NCBI GenBank assembly: GCA_945906815.1
Contig: CAMDRT010000009.1
Location: forward strand, 17,618 to 81,617
Length of the DNA: 64,000 nt
Direction of reading: 5' to 3'
From: Bordetella parapertussis
GTDB taxonomy: Bacteria > Pseudomonadota > Gammaproteobacteria > Burkholderiales > SG8-41
The notes beneath the pieces were generated by a model. That model saw nothing but the letters and a program-made list of their open reading frames with translations, was not told where the DNA came from and searched no databases. Shown one piece after another: positions 60,882 through 64,000 of the stretch (its first letter is position 1; the number at the start of each line of letters is the position of its first letter). The position numbers and the translations under genes were made by a program.

Positions 60882-61735
60882 GTGACGAAAAACCTTTCCT
60901 TGAGTTCGGTGAGTCCCAATTGCTGCAGCAGTTCGTGCAAACGTCCCGCCGCACGCGCGCGCGGCAAGTCCTTGAAGCTGGCGATGATGAGTTCGTTCTT
61001 CAACGAGTGTTCCCAGCCCACCAGTTCGGTGACATTGACCTGATAGCCGTGCGCTTCGAGTTGCAGGCAGCGCAGCACGTTGGTGATGTGGCTGCCGAAT
61101 TCGCGTGTGTGCAGCGGGTGCCGCCATGCCTCCGTCAGCGGATGGGCGAGCGCTGCGCCCTTGTGTTTGCGCAAGGTCGCCGCCACTTCGGCCTGACAGC
61201 AGGGCGCCAGCACAATGAAGCGCGCTTGTTTTTGCAGCGCAAAGCGTACCGCGTCATCGGTGGCAGTATCGCAGGCGTGCAGTGCGGTTACCAGATCAAA
61301 TTGTTGTGGCAGTGGCGCCAGGGCCATGGCATCCAGCGCCGGCATGTGCAGAAACGTCATGCGCGTGAATTGCAGCTTTTGCGCCAGCACAGTGGATTTT
61401 TCGATCAATTCACTGCGCACTTCGATGCCGTAAAGGTGGGAAGCGTCGGCGCGGGCCTTGAAAAATAAATCATAGAGTATGAAACCCAGATACGACTTCC
61501 CGGCGCCGATATCGGCAACCTGCACGCTGTCGCGTGCCTGGATCACCTGCGCTAGCAGCGGCTCAATGAACTGATAGAGGTGATACACCTGCTTCAGTTT
61601 GCGCCGACTGTCCTGATTCAGTTTGCCGTCACGCGTGAGGATGTGCAACGCCTGCAGCAGTTCGACCGACTGTCCGGGACGGATTTCCGCGAGTGCGGGC
61701 GGGGGTGTGATGTTCCGGGTTGCAGCGCGGGGCAT
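60878..61735 (-). CDS. Class I SAM-dependent methyltransferase
   Basis: Motif I VADIGAGKSYLG is present and is followed by LHACDTATD. The start is set at MPRAATR. Confidence 0.75.
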   Translation of the reverse strand: MPRAATRNITPPPALAEIRPGQSVELLQALHILTRDGKLNQDSRRKLKQVYHLYQFIEPLLAQVIQARDSVQVADIGAGKSYLGFILYDLFFKARADASHLYGIEVRSELIEKSTVLAQKLQFTRMTFLHMPALDAMALAPLPQQFDLVTALHACDTATDDAVRFALQKQARFIVLAPCCQAEVAATLRKHKGAALAHPLTEAWRHPLHTREFGSHITNVLRCLQLEAHGYQVNVTELVGWEHSLKNELIIASFKDLPRARAAGRLHELLQQLGLTELKERFFVT

Positions 61736-61884
61736 GGGGATTAAGCGGGTTGCGAGATGACGCTGAGTGTAGCCGAATGGTTGGCAGATGGCAGGATGGC
61801 CGCGCGCGCAACGCTTAGACTGCCATGGCTCGCAGGACACCTTTGGTGTTAAATTAACCGCGCTTACGCCTGATGGCGTGTTAA

Positions 61885-62841
61885 ATGGGGCCCATGGTGA
61901 AAGTAAAATATGACGACCTTGACTCCGCCTTTGAATTCGTGAGTGCGGGCGCGCCGATGGAGCACAACGCGTTCATCTCGCGTGCTAGCGGGCAAATTTA
62001 CTGGGTCTCCGACGTGCTGGACAACGAGGAGGAACTGCCGGAGGACATCGATAGCGCCGAGCTCTACCACCGTGTTCCGCACAAGAAAGACCTCGATCTT
62101 GGCCGTTATCTGGTGACGCGCTTTGTGCGGCAGGCGCTGCCAGAAAGTGAAGCGCAGGTCGAAGCCCTTTTTCGCCGCCGCGGGGCGTACGGGCGCTACA
62201 AGGATTTGCTGAATGCCCAAGGACAGCTTGAAAACTGGTACCGCTTCGAAAGCGCAGCGCAGCAGGTAGCATTACGCAAATGGTGTGCGGACAACGACAT
62301 CGAGCTGGTCGACGCACCGCACAGTCCAGTCACACCGGAGAGAGGCGTAAAGCCCAGCATCCGTCCGGTTACGGTTAGCGATGCCGCTGCCCTCTGCGCG
62401 ATCTACAACCCGTACGTGCTTGAAACCGTCATCAGCTTTGAGCAGTCGCCGTTATCAGCGGCGCAGATGGCCAAGCGCATTGGTGAGTACGCGGCGGTGT
62501 ATCCGTGGCTGGTTGCCGAAGCCGATGCCAAGGTCGTAGCCTACGCCTACGCTACACGCTGGCGCACGCGCGCGGCATATGATCAAACGCTGGAAAGCAC
62601 GATCTACGTTGACAAAAATCATACCGGGCGCGGCATTGCAAAGCCCCTGTATCTTGAATTATTGCGTGAACTTAAAACGCGTGCTGTGCATGCGGTGGTA
62701 GGCTGCATCGCATTACCCAACGATGCCAGCGTTGCGCTTCACGAAAAATGCGGCTTCGTGAAGGTCGCGCATTTTCCACAGGTGGGGCGGAAATTTGAGC
62801 GCTGGGTGGATGTGGGGTTTTGGCAAGCCACGCTGGTGTAG
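61885..62841 (+). CDS. Two-domain protein: N-terminal UPF0158-like region fused to a GNAT acetyltransferase (phosphinothricin-acetyltransferase-like)
   Basis: The C-terminal 170 aa contain the GNAT motif A region VDKNHTGRGIAKPLY and HEKCGF. The N-terminal 150 aa are acidic with no catalytic motifs. The family guess for the N-domain is weak. Confidence 0.6.
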   Translation: MGPMVKVKYDDLDSAFEFVSAGAPMEHNAFISRASGQIYWVSDVLDNEEELPEDIDSAELYHRVPHKKDLDLGRYLVTRFVRQALPESEAQVEALFRRRGAYGRYKDLLNAQGQLENWYRFESAAQQVALRKWCADNDIELVDAPHSPVTPERGVKPSIRPVTVSDAAALCAIYNPYVLETVISFEQSPLSAAQMAKRIGEYAAVYPWLVAEADAKVVAYAYATRWRTRAAYDQTLESTIYVDKNHTGRGIAKPLYLELLRELKTRAVHAVVGCIALPNDASVALHEKCGFVKVAHFPQVGRKFERWVDVGFWQATLV

Positions 62842-62915
62842 GCATAAACGCCGCAAAGAACGTAACTTTTTGTTATTAATAGCTATTATTTATCCCCGCT
62901 AGATTAAGGAGCGTC

Positions 62916-63326
62916 ATGTCCCTCGCACCCCTTGCTGGAAGCTGCCTGTGTGGCGGCGTTAAATTTGAAGTCACCCCGCCGTTTTCGGCGTTTCGCTATT
63001 GTCATTGTTCACGTTGCCAAAAAGCCTCGGGCAGCGCGCATGCGGCCAACGCGTTTGTGCCCGCGGCACAATTGAAGTGGTGCGCGGGTGAGGCACTGAT
63101 CAAACGTTATGACCATCCCGCGGCACAACGCTTTTCGGTATGGTTCTGCACGCACTGCGGTTCGCGCGTGCCGCAGCAATTGCGCGGACGCGACGATTAT
63201 CTGATCCCCGCCGGATTGTTGGATGCAACACCCGCGCAACGTCCGGAAAACGGCATCTTCTGGGCGTCGCGTGCGCAATGGTATGTGCCGCCGGGCGAGA
63301 TGCCGTGCTTCAATGAATATACGTAG
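62916..63326 (+). CDS. GFA-family (CENP-V/glutathione-dependent formaldehyde-activating-like) zinc protein
   Basis: The Cys pattern is CLCGGV...CHCSRCQK...CTHCG. Confidence 0.8.
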   Translation: MSLAPLAGSCLCGGVKFEVTPPFSAFRYCHCSRCQKASGSAHAANAFVPAAQLKWCAGEALIKRYDHPAAQRFSVWFCTHCGSRVPQQLRGRDDYLIPAGLLDATPAQRPENGIFWASRAQWYVPPGEMPCFNEYT

Positions 63327-63334
63327 CGCCCGCG

Positions 63335-63679
63335 ATGATCGCCGTCATTTTTGAAGTACAACCCGCCCCCGGCAGAGCCAGCGACTATTTTGCAATTGCG
63401 GCATCGCTCAAAGCAGATATCGAAAAATTCGACGGCTTCATCTCCATCGAGCGCTTTGAAAGTGTGACGCTACCCGGCAGATTCGTGTCGCTATCGTTCT
63501 GGCGCGACGAAGCCGCCGTAGCCGCATGGCGCAATGTGGAAACACACCGCTTCGCGCAAGCCCAAGGCCGCGGCGGCATATTTGCGGATTACCGTATCCG
63601 CGTCGCCAGCGTGATGCGTGACTACAGCATGAACGCGCGCGACCAAGCGCCTACCGACAGTCGTAATCAACACGGTTGA
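63335..63679 (+). CDS. Antibiotic-biosynthesis-monooxygenase (ABM) domain protein
   Basis: The 114-aa protein has an IAVIFEV start and the block FWRDEAAVAAWRN..H, typical of the ABM ferredoxin-like fold. Confidence 0.7.
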   Translation: MIAVIFEVQPAPGRASDYFAIAASLKADIEKFDGFISIERFESVTLPGRFVSLSFWRDEAAVAAWRNVETHRFAQAQGRGGIFADYRIRVASVMRDYSMNARDQAPTDSRNQHG

Positions 63680-63687
63680 TGATCCCC

Positions 63688-64000
63688 ATGCCATCCTTAC
63701 AAGTAACGCCCGATTTGCATATGCACTACGAAGTGACCGATTTCGCCGAGCCATGGCGCGAACATGAAACCCTGTTGTTGTTGCACGGCAACGCCGAAAG
63801 CGGCGCCGCGTGGTATGGCTGGATGCCGGAAGTGGCGCGCGATTATCGCGTGGTGCGGCCCGATATGCGCGGCTTTGGCCGCTCGACGCCGATGGCCCGC
63901 GATTACGCCTGGTCGCTGGATCGCATTGTTGATGATTTCATCGCGGTGATGGATGAACTGAAAGTAGACACCTTTTATCTGGCCGGCGCGAAAGTGGGCG
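63688..64000 (+). CDS. Alpha/beta hydrolase, N-terminal part (3' end outside window)
   Basis: The frame is open to the window end. It contains LLLLHGNAESGAAW and VVRPDMRGFGRS, typical of the alpha/beta-hydrolase N-terminus. Confidence 0.7.
   Translation, partial: MPSLQVTPDLHMHYEVTDFAEPWREHETLLLLHGNAESGAAWYGWMPEVARDYRVVRPDMRGFGRSTPMARDYAWSLDRIVDDFIAVMDELKVDTFYLAGAKVG

Overview
This is a visibly GC-rich proteobacterial chromosome segment. GC content and identities below were judged by eye, not computed. The gene order algH-ruvX-pyrR-pyrB-pyrC', thrB-DUF2782-polA and leuS-lptE-holA matches the beta/gamma-proteobacterial core pattern. Most of the window is housekeeping. It holds a complete phosphate module (pstS partial, pstCAB, phoU, phoB, phoR) followed by arsC and a MIP channel. 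After that come a secreted DUF4331/DUF4331/TPR operon, ppk1, a DUF3443/DUF2844-like pair, proA, a lipoyl-domain E3 (lpd), a hybrid sensor kinase and a family III CoA-transferase. Further on are a Tat-signal PhoX, holA-lptE-leuS, uvrD, thrB, polA, pyrC'-pyrB-pyrR, ruvX, algH/yqgE, trkH-trkA, rsmE, argA and a PAS-GGDEF-EAL protein. The window ends with yggX, sixA and small enzymes. The one clearly accessory block lies at about 49.8-58.9 kb and is a type I restriction-modification operon. Its hsdS is reduced to a stub of about 50 codons. It carries three embedded genes: RhuM, a DarG-like macrodomain protein with no DarT partner, and an AlbA_2/Schlafen-type ATPase with wHTH. It also has a duplicated hsdR 5' stub of about 410 bp. 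This block is my best candidate for an atypical or undescribed immunity arrangement. Other notable items are two type II toxin-antitoxin loci (one with a decayed junction copy upstream), nested REP-like repeats between arsC and the MIP gene, and a family of tandem heptamer repeats found in intergenic DNA and in protein linkers. No rRNA, tRNA, CRISPR array, transposase or integrase could be supported.
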